A DNA stretch of 64,000 bases, from the NCBI RefSeq assembly GCF_018977255.1, contig NW_024704743.1:100442001-100506000 (forward strand), read 5' to 3'. This DNA comes from Callorhinchus milii. Its lineage: Eukaryota. Positions 1-12,929 of this stretch are shown here, piece after piece. A program made the translations under genes and the position numbers. The notes below the pieces were generated by a model. The model saw nothing but the letters and a program-made list of their open reading frames with translations, had not been told where the DNA came from and searched no databases. Every line of letters starts with the position of its first letter. The stretch's first letter is position 1.

Positions 1-282
1 CTGTATATTTTGTGGGTGATACGGCATTGGCGGCAGCCAATTGTACACAGCAATGTCCCACAAACAGTCATGGATTGAGTGACCAAACTTTTTTTTAAAA
101 TGGAAAGTTATCCCCGGAAAAGCGATCCATGAATTAACTAACAACCAGGTTCCTATTTACTGCTGGGTGGACTGAGGTGTGTGGAGTAAGGAAACTTGCC
201 CAATGTTTTGCCCTGCCCAGGAATCAAGCCCAGGTCCTCTCGCTTGTGAGGCAAGTGCTCTAACCACTAAGCTACTGACTCC
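1..282 (-). mobile_element. SINE family A, long variant, cut by window start
   Basis: Reverse complement starts GGAGTCAGTAGCTTAGTGGTTAGAGCAC (tRNA-like head), then GGGCAAGTTTCCTTACTCC...CCACCCAGCAGTAAATAGG. Collinear with the copies at 45637 and 47147. Confidence 0.9.
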
Positions 283-562
283 ATTTTCTCTAGACTACAG
301 GAGATGTTGACTGACAGTTTTGATCATTTTAAATCTGCTGCCAACCAAGAAAATTACTTTAGCTCCATGGTTGTTCACTGAGATTCACCAGGGGAAATTT
401 AGATATTTCAGCCCACATTTCAGCTGCAGCCCACATTCTTCAGCTAGTTATGTGGAGAACAGTAATGATAATGATATCAGTTTTTATAATACATTTTCTT
501 TTTAAATTTATGTTTCAAATACCTTTTGGAACAGGTAATTAGTCCCCTGTCATGCAGTAGGT

Positions 563-2190
563 AACAACAACAACAAAATTACCTTTGTAGAGCACCTTTC
601 ACGTCGGGAGGATGTCTCAAGGCGCTGAACAGTCAGGGATCAGGACCTGTGCGTGGGGGGCAGGGATGGGATGAGGGAGGGGAGAGGTAGGAGGGCGACC
701 AAAGACATGGTTGAAAAGGAGGGTCTCGAGTCGTGCCTTGAGGAAGGCAAGGGAGGGAGCAAGATGAAGGGACTGCGGATGGAGTTCCAAAGGACAGAGA
801 GGCTGAGAACCCGGCCGGTGATGGTAGGGTGGGATGGGCGGGAGCAGGCCAGAGCCTGCTGAATGGATGGAGCGGACAGGTTGGTAGGGTGTCAGTTGGT
901 CAGAGAGGTAGGTGGGTCAAGGCCGTGGAGGGCCTTGAAAGTGAGGATTATTTTGAATGCTATCTTCTGAGGGATGGGGAGCCAGTGGAGCTGGGCAAGG
1001 ATGGGGTGATGGGGTCACGGATGCTGGTGCGGGAGAGGACATGAGCTGCAAAGTTCTGGATGATCTGCAGCTGGTGGAGGGAAGAGTTGGGGAGGCCGTC
1101 AAGAAGGGAGTTTCTGTAGTCGAGACTTGAGGTGACGAATGCATGTATGTGGGTTTCAGCAGCCTGAGGGGTGAGACAGTAGCGGAGTCAGGCAACGTTA
1201 CAGAGGTGGGGGAAGGCAGAGTGGGTCATGGCATGGATATGGGTGAGAAAGGACAGTTGAGGATCAAACAAAGCACTCCGGTTCCTGTCTGGCTTGGTGA
1301 GATAGAGTGTACATCTGTGAATGCTGATGCTGCCAGTGTCTGAGGTGTGGAGGCACTGGCGCAAGCCAATCAGGAGGGCCTTGGTCCTGCTGACATTCAG
1401 CTGTAGAAAGTTGGCTCTCATCCAGGACTTGATGTCCAACAGACATCAAGAGTGGTGGAGAGGGAGTTGTGGAGGAGAGTGAGAGAGAAGGATAAATCAG
1501 TGCGGGTGGTAGGCCAGAGTGGGAAGAGTACAGCTGACTCCAGGGCAGCAGAGAGGGATTGTGGGGAGATTTTTTTTCAGGGGCGGTAGGAGATGGAGGT
1601 GGGTTTGGTGGCAGTGGGGAGAGGAATTGAAGAGTTAAAAGAGTTGAAATGGTGATCAGAGATGCTTTGTCTGTGATTTTGATATCCGAGACACTGAGGC
1701 CCCGGGTAATTACCAGGTCGAGTGGGCGGCCATGAATGTGGGTGTCAGAGTGGATGTGGAGTGAGAGGTTGTGAGAGGAGAGAACTCTGAAGAAATGGAA
1801 CAGGAGGCGCTGAAGTGAAGTTTGAAGTTGCCGAGGATGAGGAGGCATTCAGAACAGAGGCAGAGGGAAGCTAGGAGGGTGGAGAAGTCAAAGATGGAGG
1901 TGGGGAAGGTTTGGGGGTTGGTAAATGAGGAGAATTTTGAGGGAGAGATCGTAGAGGTAGTAAGGTAGTTGAATAAGCGGAATGAGCCAGAGGAATAAGG
2001 GGATAGAGAAAATTAGGTCCTGGAGATGAGGGCTACACCACTGTCACGGCAGTTGGGACATGGGATATGGTGGGAGGTATAGCCATTTGATGTGGCCTCA
2101 GAGAAGGGGAAGGTGTTGCCTGGGGTGATCCAGGTTTCAGTGAGGGCCACGATGTCGATATTTTCATCAACGATGTAATCCAGAGACTGC
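563..2190 (-). mobile_element. L2 LINE with large internal deletion (APE endonuclease remnant joined to ORF2 C-terminus and 3' tail)
   Basis: Minus-strand peptides DIVALTETW (2013..2252 ORF) and THIHGRPLDLVITRG are APE motifs; DIKSWMRANFLQLN is post-RT L2. The 3' stem-loop and (TTG)n tail lie at 563-630. Confidence 0.9.
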
Positions 2191-3349
2191 TGGTAAGGTT
2201 CCACACAAAGGAGAAAACCGCCCATTAGGCCTTCTTTCCCAAATTGCTCCAACTTTCTGAAGTCAACTCATATTCCTGCCAGCATCAGCTAGGTAATAAT
2301 TCTGCCGAATATAATGTGCTGTGAGCAAACTGGCTGCCACGTTTGTCAACAAATACACAGTCACTGCACTTAACAGTAATTACTGTAATGTAACTCCCTT
2401 TTACACCTACTACAAGCTATTTTATATTTATACACCCTCATTTCGGACACAATAAAAGTGGAAACAGCTTATCAGCATCCACTTCAAATGTGCTTGAAAC
2501 AATAAAGCCAATGCTAGATAACGTATTTTAAATCAGTAGTTCGTCTTCTACAATTAAATAAGAGAAGTTCCGAGAGGAATATCATGGTCAGAAAGTGCAG
2601 CCTTTATGTAATTTTTAAATGCCAAATGACTAGAAAGGAAACAAACATTTTTATATTTGTCACTTATCTGTAAAGGGAAAATACCAGATCACGAGAAAGG
2701 TACAGATAAAGAAAGTGCTATGGCTAATTTGTTCATTTTTTATTTTGGTCACCTAGGATTCTGATACCCACGGAAACACATCACCTTGCTTTAAGAGTAT
2801 CCAAATAACGAGAGCTCCACATGTGAATAGACATTTCCCTATGTCTGGAATAGAAAGCGCACTCTCTCCCCGGAGAAATCCACCTGATCTAATCCCAGAA
2901 ATTATTAGGCACAGATTGGCAAGAGCCAAGCCTTAGGGACCCAGATTGGTAGTTAGGAGTATAACCAGCGTAACTGTGCAGCTTGCCATTATGAGCACTG
3001 TCTGGCAAGCTTCCCACTGCTCGTTGAGATAGAACCTTTATACCTATTAGGGCTTTGGTTCACAGGGGAAACGATAGGAAGATTGCTTGCTCCCAGTGAC
3101 TGGTCTTTCCCTCCACGTCCTGCTGATGACCCAGGTAGGCAGTTCATCATCAGCAGTGCCCTGAAATACTGTAAATATGCCTTGCTCAGAAAATGGACTA
3201 CCGAGATCATCACAGAGGGTTGGCTATTCTGACATTTTATTGCCAAGCATGTCACCTTGGAGGCAGCTAAGCTCCAAGAGAATCCCACCTACTCCCCTCA
3301 GAAGGTTAGGTACCTCAGTATAAACTCCAGAAGCCCCATTTACCTTTTT

Positions 3350-3620
3350 CATAATTTTTGTACCTGCCACTCACTTTCAGTGAATTATCTATTTATATTC
3401 CCAGATGCTTGTACTCGCAACTTAGTTGAGTGTTGTACCCTTCAGGCTCCAATTCCACTCTTATTTTGTTTTACCCAAAATGCACTTATCACATTTTGAC
3501 TGCATCTGCCATGTGTTCGACCATTTCTCTAGTCTATCAATTCCCTGGAGTTTTACACAGTCATTTACACAATTTTCCATTCCTCCAAATTTGCATTTCC
3601 ATTTTTGCATTTGATACAGC
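3350..3620 (-). mobile_element. old CR1 LINE fragment
   Basis: cccaaaatgcac...catctgccatgtgttcgaccatt resembles the CR1 segment at 48298-48361. Confidence 0.55.
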
Positions 3621-4363
3621 ACCTTATCACATTGTCAAAGAAGTGCCTTATGTGATGAGGGGCCTTTTCCAACACGAAACACCAATTATGCTGCAGTTTT
3701 TCCATCAAGCTCATTTGCAGTCCATAAAGGCACCACTTATTGAATCAGTGCATTTCTTTCCTGGAGTGGAGTTCGGTCTGAAGGAAATGGTACTTTGCTT
3801 GTCTGTATGGCTGTCTTGCTTCCTTAAAACACATTAATAACTGAAAAAAGCAATATTCACCACAAGAAAACTCATTTAACAGATGTAATTTCACACCAGT
3901 GTTGACAATCAGTATCCTCACCATTACGCAAATGCTATAACAATTTTGTTTGAATGCCACAGGGCAGAACTTTTGAAGTGTTTGCAAAAAAAAACTGCCT
4001 GGTAATTTTCATCTTGAAAACAAAGAACTGCAGTCATCTACAAAGCTTCTATGCTTGGAATCATGGCAGTTATTACATTAAATTATATGTATGTGGATCT
4101 AGTCTGTATAGATTTCCAATAGCACATTAAGCTTGCAAGGTCCATCTGAGATTTAATGCACAACTTTATGAGGAAGGAAAACCTAACTGAAAGAACTATT
4201 TGTCACCGAAACCCTTTGGCTTTGTTTAAGGTATTCGAGTAAAAGTTATGGACACAAAAAATGTCTTTTGGCATTACTGTAAATAACAAAAACAAATGCA
4301 AAATAAGGAGACCAGAATTCAGAAAACATTACTATTCTCAGAAATGATGAATATTCAGCTTGG

Positions 4364-4982
4364 TAGCCTGGCTCAATTAGTAACTCACTCTCCTTTGAAA
4401 CAAAAGCTTGTGGGTTCAAACCCAATATCAGAACTTTGAATTCACAGAATCAAAACTGGCACAGTGCTGGGGGGCGCTACACTGTTGGAGGTGCTGTCCT
4501 TTGGATCAGAGACTAAACAAAGGTTCCATCAGCCTGTTCAGGTGGATAACAAAGATACCATGGCCACATTCAAATAGAGACACGACTTTTTTCCCAGTGT
4601 CCTGCCAGCAATCCCCCAGATAAAATTGGTCATTCACTTTATTGTGGGACTTCGTAGTACACAAATTGACTTTTGTGTTTGGCCACAAAATAGTCACAAT
4701 ACTCCACAATATATTCCGTGAAGCGCTTTCCTTCAAAAAAAATTGGTGACTTCAATACACGATTGTTTGTGGGACACTGCTGTGCGCAACTGGCTGCCGC
4801 GTTTCGTCCACAAAATATAGTGTCAATGCGTTTTACAGTATATTCTGTGAAGCACTAGGAGACGTTTCAAAGACGTGATAAGGCGCTATATCAAATGCAA
4901 GGATTATTATTATATATTATTATAAGCACTTTAGTTGTCTTTCTGACTTGAAAGGCATTATATCAAATGCAAAGATTATTAT
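4364..4982 (+). mobile_element. SINE family B (SacSINE1-like DeuSINE), interrupted by a SINE A fragment
   Basis: Head AGCCTGGCTCAATTAGTAAC..GTGGGTTCAAACCC, Deu-like body (GGAGGTGCTGTCCTTTGGAT..TAAAC..CAGGTGGA..AAAGATACCATGG). The tail resumes at 4924. Confidence 0.8.
4735..4923 (+). mobile_element. SINE A 3' half nested in SINE B
   Basis: AATTGGTGACTTCAAT..TGTTTGTGGGACACTGCTGTGCGCAA..AGGCGCTATATCAAATGCAAGGATTATT, collinear with 49508-49683. Confidence 0.85.
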
Positions 4983-5534
4983 GTAATTGGTTAACTATAT
5001 GCCCCTTATCAATATTATCTTTCTTTCTTCAGCTATCCAATTTGCTTGACCCAGTGTTACTTTTTTCATTGTGGATTTGAAGACTCAGTCACCATCGGGA
5101 GTGAGAAATGAGCAATCAACCAGGGTGTTCGCCTGACTCAGTAGGTAACACTCCCAACTCCAGGTCAGAAAATTATGGTAAAAGTACCATGCAGGGAATT
5201 CACAGTCTGGTGCTGATAATCCAATGCAGAACTGGGAAAGTGCTGCATTGTTGGAGCGAATGAACTGTACTGTCTGGCTACAATCATTGTCATTACTTTT
5301 AATAGCAATTTCATGTGAAAATGTTTTGATATTATAGGGAGTGTATCAAATGCAAGAGATTTTTTAATTTATAGACCAAAACTGGTGGTCTGTAAATTTT
5401 TCCCTTTGCTCTTTTTTCAAAAACAAATCTCTGGCAGCATTCAGAAAATTAAATTAACTATTTTGCCAATATTACAAATTAGATCTTATTGTTTTATCAC
5501 ATTGACTTTCATTTCTTAGCATATTCGGCTCAGT

Positions 5535-6280
5535 TAGAATCATAGAATTATACTGCACAGAAGGAGGCCATTCGGTCCAATGTGTCTGTGCTGGCTCCTT
5601 GAAAGAGCTATCCAAATTAATCCCAATCCCACACACTCTCCCCATAGCCCTGCAAATTTGTCCTCCCCAAACATTTATCCACTTCTCTCTTGAAAGTTAT
5701 TATCAAATCGGGTTCTATCAAACTTTCAGGCAATGCATTCCAGATCCGAAAGTGTGAAAAAATTTCTTATCACCTCTCCTCTGGGGTTCTTTTGACAACT
5801 GTCTTAAATCTGTGTCCTCTGGTTACCGACCCACCTGCCAGTGGAAACAGTTTGTCTGTGTTCACTCTGTCAAATCCCCTCATAAATTTGAATACTGCTA
5901 TTAAATCTCCCCTAAACATTCTCTGCTCCAAAGAGAACAATTTTAGCTTCTCTAGCCTCTCCACATAACTCAAGTCTCTCTTTCCTAGTACAATCTTGGT
6001 AAATCTCCCTTGTATCCTCTCCAAGGCCTTGACATCCTTCCGAAAGTGTGGTGCCCAGAATTGAACACAGTACTCTAGCTGAGCCCTAACCAGTGTTTTA
6101 TAAAAGTTCATCATAACCTCCTTACTTTTGCATTCTATGCTCCTATTTATAAGGCCAAGGATCCCGTATGCTTTTTTAAGTGCTTTATCTACCTGTCCTG
6201 CCACCTTCAAAGATTTGCTCATGTGAACCTCCAGGTCTCTCTGCTCCTGCACCCCCTTTCAGATTGAACCATTTAGAGTT
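5535..6280 (-). mobile_element. CR1 LINE 3' fragment
   Basis: ORF 5770..6252 has CR1 ORF2 C-terminal motifs (LVRAQLEYCVQFWAP, RGDLIAVFK, TRGHRFK). It ends in the CR1-type ATTCTATGATTCT tail at about 5537-5550. Confidence 0.93.
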
Positions 6281-6685
6281 GCTAGAACTCTCACTCTCTG
6301 AGTCAAAAAGTTGTGGGTTCAAGATTCATGTTGGAAGTTTGAACTCACATAATCCAGGCTGACACTCAAATGGAGTGCTCAGGGTGCATTGCGTTGTCAG
6401 TGGTGCTGTTCTTTGGATAAGACGTTAAACTAAAATCCATTCTCCAGTTTAGAATGTTAACAATTCTATGGCACTACTCGAAAAGAGAAGGGAGTTTCTC
6501 CAGATGTCCTGACCAACAATCCCCCAGATAAAATTGGTAATTCAGTTCATGGCTGTTTGTGGGACATTGCTGTGTGCAAATTGGCTGTCGTGTTCACCTA
6601 TAAAATATACAGTTCACTTTCCAGTAACTCCTGTGAAGCACTTTGAGACTACCCCCTGACATGAAAGGTAAAATGTAAACTGTAT
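6280..6685 (+). mobile_element. SINE family B
   Basis: CTCTGAGTCAAAAAGTTGTGGGTTCAAG..GGCTGACACTC..GACGTTAAAC..GGCACTACTCGAA..GCTGTTTGTGGGACATTGCTGTGTGCAAATTGGCTG. Confidence 0.85.
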
Positions 6686-7267
6686 TGTATTATATTGCAC
6701 TCCACCACAATAGATTGGGAAGATCAGCATTCTTGGATAGTAATAAATGATAATCCTTGCATTTGATATAGCACTAATTCGTGATGTCGAGAAGTGGCAG
6801 AAAGGAGGGTAAATTTGCAAAAATAATGGGAAACCCATTAATTACAGCTTCAAAAACAAAACAACCAACGTGTAAAATAACCTTGGAGAGGCTGATTGTT
6901 AGCCATTTTTCCTTAAAAGAACTTCAGAGGATATATTGTAAAATAATGTGACTGTGTATTTTGCGGGCAAATATAAGAGAATATGCAGATTGCTAAGCAA
7001 CTTCTGAAGCTTTGCACCCGGAACTGATGGATTCACAGTTCGATGAGCTACAGTGTTCTGACTGTGATATGGAGGAAATGCACTCATACATCACATGTTG
7101 TCTTGTTTCCATACCTTTCACCTTTCTAGCTGTATCATGTAATGACCTAAGTCTTGTTCTCAGGCCCTTTTAGGATGTTAATGCTCTATTTAATCAGAGG
7201 CAAAAATATTGTGGACTGACTGTTACAGTCATCCTGCATTCCCCTTACAAATAAGGGACCAGGCCCC

Positions 7268-7655
7268 CAATCTCGTCTCTGAGTCAGGAGGTTCTGGGCT
7301 CAAGCGTCATGTCAAAAATTGACCTGATGGTCTTGGCTGACACTCTAATGCAGTACTGAAGGTTTGGAATGATGTGTGGATGAGCCGTTAAACCAAGATC
7401 TCTTCTGCCTGTCCTCAAATGGACACTGAAGATCTCGAAATATTACTTGAAAAGAGAAGAAAGTTTCCCCTAGTGTTGTGGCCAAAGTATTCTCCCAATG
7501 AATTGGTGACTCACTTCATGACTATTTGTGGTACTTTGCTGTGTGCAAATTGGCTTCCAGGTTTGCCTACAAACAAAGTCACTATTCTTGAAGGCAAGAA
7601 TGTATGAAGTATTTGGAGACATTTTGATGTTATAGCTGCTACCTCAAATATAAGA
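7268..7655 (+). mobile_element. SINE family B, degenerate
   Basis: Same motif order as the 6280 copy with more substitutions. Confidence 0.75.
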
Positions 7656-8352
7656 AATATATATATTTTAAAATCTTCTGGCCCACATAAACCCCTTTGA
7701 TGTGCATTAGAGCAAGCCTAGAGTTTCATAAAAAGCACGCAGGAGCAACCAGCAACCAAACACAACAGGTTACTCTGATAACACACAGCTCAAAACATTG
7801 GCATTCAGTCATAAAGGGCACATGTCTACCACTTGAAAAGAGAGGACACAATCCTCAAGGTGGATACCCTCATGGACACCCAGAAGCTCTGCTGTGAAAA
7901 GCGACTGGTGAATGACAGACATATTAACCTTATTTTGATACATTATTTATAACTTTTAAAAAGGTCAACTTTTCGCTGTGTTTTCTCCTTTGAAGAAGTT
8001 GTCACATCAACATCTGCTGCCCGTTACACAAACGCTTTAATGGAAATTACGCAGTTGCACTGAGGAAGGCTTAACACTGATGGGTTTCACACTGTGTGAC
8101 TCTTGATTATGTATATTCTTCTTACAGCTGCTGCAAGAATGTTTTCTTCATTTGCTCGCAGGTTTTGGGTGGCCGTGTTCTTACACAAGGCTTTTTTTTT
8201 TGGCATTTATCACCCTTCTGCAGCTCAGCAAACCATTCAAGTGTTGTGAGAAGGAGTAGTTTCCAAGTTATTCAAAATATTTCACGACAATTCGGGCTCC
8301 ATATCAGTCACATGAAAAGTGATTTTTGTACAAGAACAAACAAGCCAGAAGT

Positions 8353-8703
8353 TAATGATAATAATAATAATCCTTGCATTTGATATAGCGCCTTATCATG
8401 TCTTCGAAGCTTCTCAAAGCGGTTCACAGAATATACTTTAAAGTGAATTCACTGTATATTTTCGTGGGCAAATCGGATTAGCCAATTGTGCACAGTGGTG
8501 CCCCAGAAATAGTTGTGGATCAAGTGACCACATTTAAAAAACTTTTTTTTCAATTAATTTATTTTTTTGAAGGGATTATTACCAATCGACTAACAACCGG
8601 GTCCCTAAACAGAGGCGTGTGGAGTAAGGAAACTGCCCAGGAATCAAATCCAGGTCCTCTCGCTTGCGAGTTGAGTGCTCTAACCAATACGCTCCAGGAC
8701 TCC
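8353..8703 (-). mobile_element. SINE A, long variant with internal deletions
   Basis: (AAT)n-CCTTGCATTTGATATAGCG tail through to the head end CAGGACTCC. Part of the CORE-like segment is kept (ctaaacagaggcgtgtggag). Confidence 0.9.
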
Positions 8704-8869
8704 ACAAGACTCCACATGGGAAGGGTTGGTGGGGGGCGGGAGGGCATTCTACATCCTGACCCCTCAAAACCATAATACAAATAGTACCAAATAATCTTTG
8801 TATTTGATATGTCTGTCTTACATTCTGTTCACCTTGTTGTGACTCTCTTTCTATCCTTGAAAAACTCTA

Positions 8870-9175
8870 TAGACAATATAGGCTCTACAGTATTGGGGGA
8901 GTGTGGCATCGTCGGAGGTACAATACTTCTAATAAGATGTAAAAAAGCTAGTTCAGGTGGACGTTAAAATTTGAAAGAGAAGGGTGTTTCTTCCTGTATC
9001 CTGCCCAACAATTCCCTGAATAAAATTGATCATTCATTTCCTGGCTGTTTGTGGGACATTGCTGTGTGCAAATTAGCTGCCTCGCTTGCTTACAAATACA
9101 GTCCTGTGAAGCACTTTGAGATGTCTTGACAACATGACAAGGTGCTATATCAAATGCAAGGATTTGATTATTACT
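8870..9175 (+). mobile_element. SINE family B, 5'-truncated
   Basis: CAGGTGGACGTTAAAA..GCTGTTTGTGGGACATTGCTGTGTGCAAATT..GGTGCTATATCAAATGCAAGG. Confidence 0.8.
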
Positions 9176-9277
9176 ATCTCACACTTTCTTGCTATCTGAC
9201 TCTTTCCCTCTCGGTCACCCTGATCGTTTTCTCTTTCCGTCTCTAATCTTACACCGGACTCTATAAAACAATTGCTG

Positions 9278-9592
9278 AATAATAATAATAATAATAATAA
9301 TAGCATTTGATACAGCGCTTTTCATGTCTTCTGGACATCTCAAAGCACTTCACAAAATATACTGTAAAGTCAATTGACTGTATATTTTATGGGCGAAACG
9401 CGGTAGCCAAGTGCACACAGCAGTGTCCCACAAAGAGTCGTGGATTGACTATTATTATTATTTTTTATCTTGAGGGATTATTATCAGGTGTGTGGAGTAA
9501 GGAAACTTACCCAAGGTTTCGCCCTGCTGGAAATTGAACCCAGGTCTCTTGCTTGCGAGGCAACTGCTCTAACCACTGACCTACAGGACTCC
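9278..9592 (-). mobile_element. SINE A, short variant, with 8-bp TSD
   Basis: Complete from head to tail. CTGAATAA occurs at 9275-9282 and 9593-9600. Confidence 0.92.
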
Positions 9593-10009
9593 CTGAATAA
9601 ACACTTAACTCATGCTCAGAGTTCACATTGGCACTGCTCAGTTGAAATCACATACCTGTGACATAGTGGAAATGAATACAACTCCAATATATCCCCCAAT
9701 ATTGCAGGCAGTTTTTACATCATATGCCTTTATCCCGTGCTGACGTGCTCGCAAAAACCTACCTGGACAAGCCTTAAATGTTAAGGCAGTGCATTTCAGT
9801 TTGTGACCATGATGGTTTCAAGCCTCTTGTTCAGACAAAGATGCTGTTGAAACCCAGTTAAAATCAAAGATCTAACAGGACGAGTTTCAGATTTCTCTTC
9901 CCATTCTACCAACTATGGTTAAAATGACCATAAAACAATTGATATCCTGATCACCAATCCTACGGAAAACACCTTGAAGAGTCAAGCATTATTGCACAGA
10001 CAAAAATGA

Positions 10010-10097
10010 ACAATAACAAATTGCACTTATAAAGCAATTTTCACATTGTGAGGATGTCCCAAGGCACTGAGAGTGAGAGAGAGAGAGAGAGAGAGAA
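10010..10097 (-). repeat. L2 3' tail followed by (GA)n microsatellite
   Basis: ttcacattgtgaggatgtcccaaggcactg, then gagagaga... to 10097. Confidence 0.75.
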
Positions 10098-11099
10098 AGG
10101 GACAAAGAAACATTTGGCCTATTGTGCATAATCTCTTGGAAACACTCTGCTTGTGTTAACTGCAGGCTGCTCCTTCAGGCTCCAGAGTCCGTGACAGACT
10201 CTGCAGACAGAGTTCCAATGGCAAACCCTTGAGGTTCTCAGTTTAGTGATTCAGTCTTCTGTCGAGGGACATTCCAGGAGCAGATAACACAGAATCATGG
10301 ATGCTGGACGCTATTGAACCTGAATGATGCTTGGCCTGTCTCGATGGATGATTCTGGCTCCAGGTTACACTGGCTGCTTGCTAACTCATGATCCAGACAG
10401 CCAATGATGCCAATTCCATCCCCATAGCCCTTCATAGGTCTGGATATTTGCACCAATGAATGCTCCAGGCATAGAAGAAGCTGCCAGCTATTTTCTTTTG
10501 TCCTGGCACAATCGGAATGAACTATCACGAACTGTTCCTGATTTATCTAATTGCCCAGGGGAGCAAAATAGCCACAACGGTATGTCTTCTGAGAAATACT
10601 ATCCTACCCAATGTCATGACTGTTAACACTACCTTCCAAACCACTCATGCCCGCAGCAACAGATTTAAGCTTTTAAGTGCAAATGTTTTCAGTTCAAGCC
10701 TGACATGACAGAATCGGCATTGCAATGTTTTGGGAGAACTCATTCTTGACCCAATTACATAAATAGTCCTTGCATAAAAACAAACTCTTTAATTTTCAAT
10801 GTAGTACAGTACATTTGGAGAGCAGGATTTTTGGAAGTTAATCAATTGTGGTGACTCGTTCAGATGTGTTTATATTCACATTATTTTACCTAAACCAAGC
10901 ACAGAAATTGGATATATATTTTCTACCTTTGCAGTCCAGAAATACCATATCAAAGAATAAAAGACACTGGACCTCTTACTCATCCCTCATTGTATCAACC
11001 CCTACAGTTACCAATATAAGAGGCAATTGAAACCCCTCTTCAGCCTGACCATTGCCAGTAATGCCTTCTTCCACCTCCAGAACATTGTCTGCTTATGTT

Positions 11100-11700
11100 T
11101 TCATCAGGCATTGAAACCAGAGAGGTAACGAGCAAGATGAAGAGATGTCAGAAGAGGGTTCCAGAGGGTCGGGGAAAAGTAGTTGAAAGTGGTTACTGGT
11201 CAACAGGGGGCAGAAAGGTAGAGTGCATGAAGCAGGCCAGAGTTGCGGAGCAACTGGAATGGCTGGGGCAGTCATGTTGTGGGAAATCCCAGAGGTATCG
11301 TGAGACAAGGCCTGGAGATAAGGACAAAGAATGTTAAAGATGATCCACTGGCGATGGGAGTCAGTGAAGTTAGGTGAACATGAGGATGATGGGCTCACAG
11401 AGCCTAGTGGGGGAGAGGATCCAAACTACAGAATTCTGGATGATCTGGACTTTGTGCAGCTGTGGCATTGTAGAGGCCTCAAGAGTTAAAAAAGTTGAAT
11501 GTGAAGATGTAAAGGCATAGATGAGACAGTGTCAGAGGCAGGCAATGTTGCAAAGATTGAAGAAAGCAGACTTGGTCAGAGGCTGGATAAAGGTTTAAAG
11601 GAGAGTTGAGGGTTAATCAAAATTATCAGGTGCTGGACTGTTTGAGGGAGCAACTGATGAGGTTGATATGATCAGTGGCTGAGATAAGAAGGTACTGACA
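11100..11700 (-). mobile_element. old degenerate L2 fragment
   Basis: gagaggat..cagaattctggatgatctg matches the L2 motif at 1034-1066. G-rich composition like the other minus-strand L2 copies. Confidence 0.6.
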
Positions 11701-12714
11701 GCTAAGCAGGAGAACCTCAAGTTTGTGACTGCTGAAACAATTTAATAGCTCATCAAATGATTATTCTCATTGTCACCTGCATTTGCCTACAAAACATACA
11801 GCCGCTACACGCTATAGTAATTCATGGGAGGTGATTAGAGATGTTTAGGCAATGTGATAGGGTGCTATACTAAATGCAAGGATTGAACAAGCTCTCCTCT
11901 TTTGTCAGTATTACCAGTGTTTTGCTAAACACACACACAAAAAAANGTGACTGAAATGTGTTTCTTCCTATTACAGCATCAGTCTTCCTCCTTCTCATCA
12001 ACAGCAGCCACAATCAATTCTCGTGTTCAGCAATACTACACATCAGAGCTTTCATGAAGGGGTGTAATGGGGTAATGGCCTTGCTTCATTCCAGACTGTT
12101 GCCGCAGTGAAGAGTTTTTTTTTGCTCTGGTGTGGAGTCTCAGTGGCTACAAGATGCTATAATTGTTTCTTTTAGCCTCTAACGGATTGCACACAGATTG
12201 AATCAACATGAAATTGATGCCTCCGCAGTTACAGCTGTCACCCAGCAAACGTTTCTCCCACTCATTTGACTGTGGTGGATGCAGTAATGGGATCTGACCC
12301 TTGAATTAATTGCTCATCACCACATTATAATAGAACTGTCAGGTTTCAGCAACTGACAGAGTTTAACATATTAGGATTTAGTTGCATTTTAAAGAGTAAC
12401 AGATGCAAGAAATATCTGAGGCCGTGTCATTCCAAACAGTCTTAATAACAACAAAAAGGTGCCATCTGCTTCAATCAGTTTCTAAAACTTTGTTAATCTT
12501 TTCATAATTCAGTTGTAAGCACTGCAGTTTTAGTTGCCAATGGAAACATCATTGACTAAGATCAAATGTAGGTTTAAGTAATGCTGGGAGATCATACGGA
12601 AATGATCATGGCATGACCATTGACTTGGAACAGATTCCTACACTGCATACTGGCCTTTTGGCAGGAGGAAGGTTGGCCTGAGAGGCTGGATTATTGCAAA
12701 TTCACAAGGTTGGT

Positions 12715-12840
12715 TTGGATGAAGAAGGCCTTTTGGCACAGTTGATCTCATCCTTCCAGGGTACCCAACCTACTGTCCTCATATCAAGTGGTTTCTGTAA
12801 CGAGTCCAGCATTCTGACCTCATCCACCCTTCCTGGTAAC
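12715..12840 (-). mobile_element. old CR1-like 3' end
   Basis: aggccttttgg..ttgatctcatcc..cctggtaac is shared with 23312-23425. Confidence 0.5.
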
Positions 12841-12929
12841 AACAACAACAATTAAATTACATTTGTAAAGCCCTTTCAGGGAGTGTAACCCGTTTCAGTC
12901 ATTAATTGATTTCTGTCTAAAGAATACTC

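Noticed and set aside
3120..3166. Hammerhead-like CTGATGA...GAAA with a 10-bp inverted repeat
   Set aside because: No stem II closes between CTGATGA and GAAA, the inverted repeat sequesters the core, and a 10-bp inverted repeat is plausible by chance in 64 kb.
10295..10528. 77-aa minus-strand ORF in a GC-balanced unique stretch
   Set aside because: No recognisable homology or splice pair. The nearby + strand acceptor at about 10165 leads to stops in all three frames.
11946..11946. Single N base
   Set aside because: Assembly ambiguity with no biological meaning.
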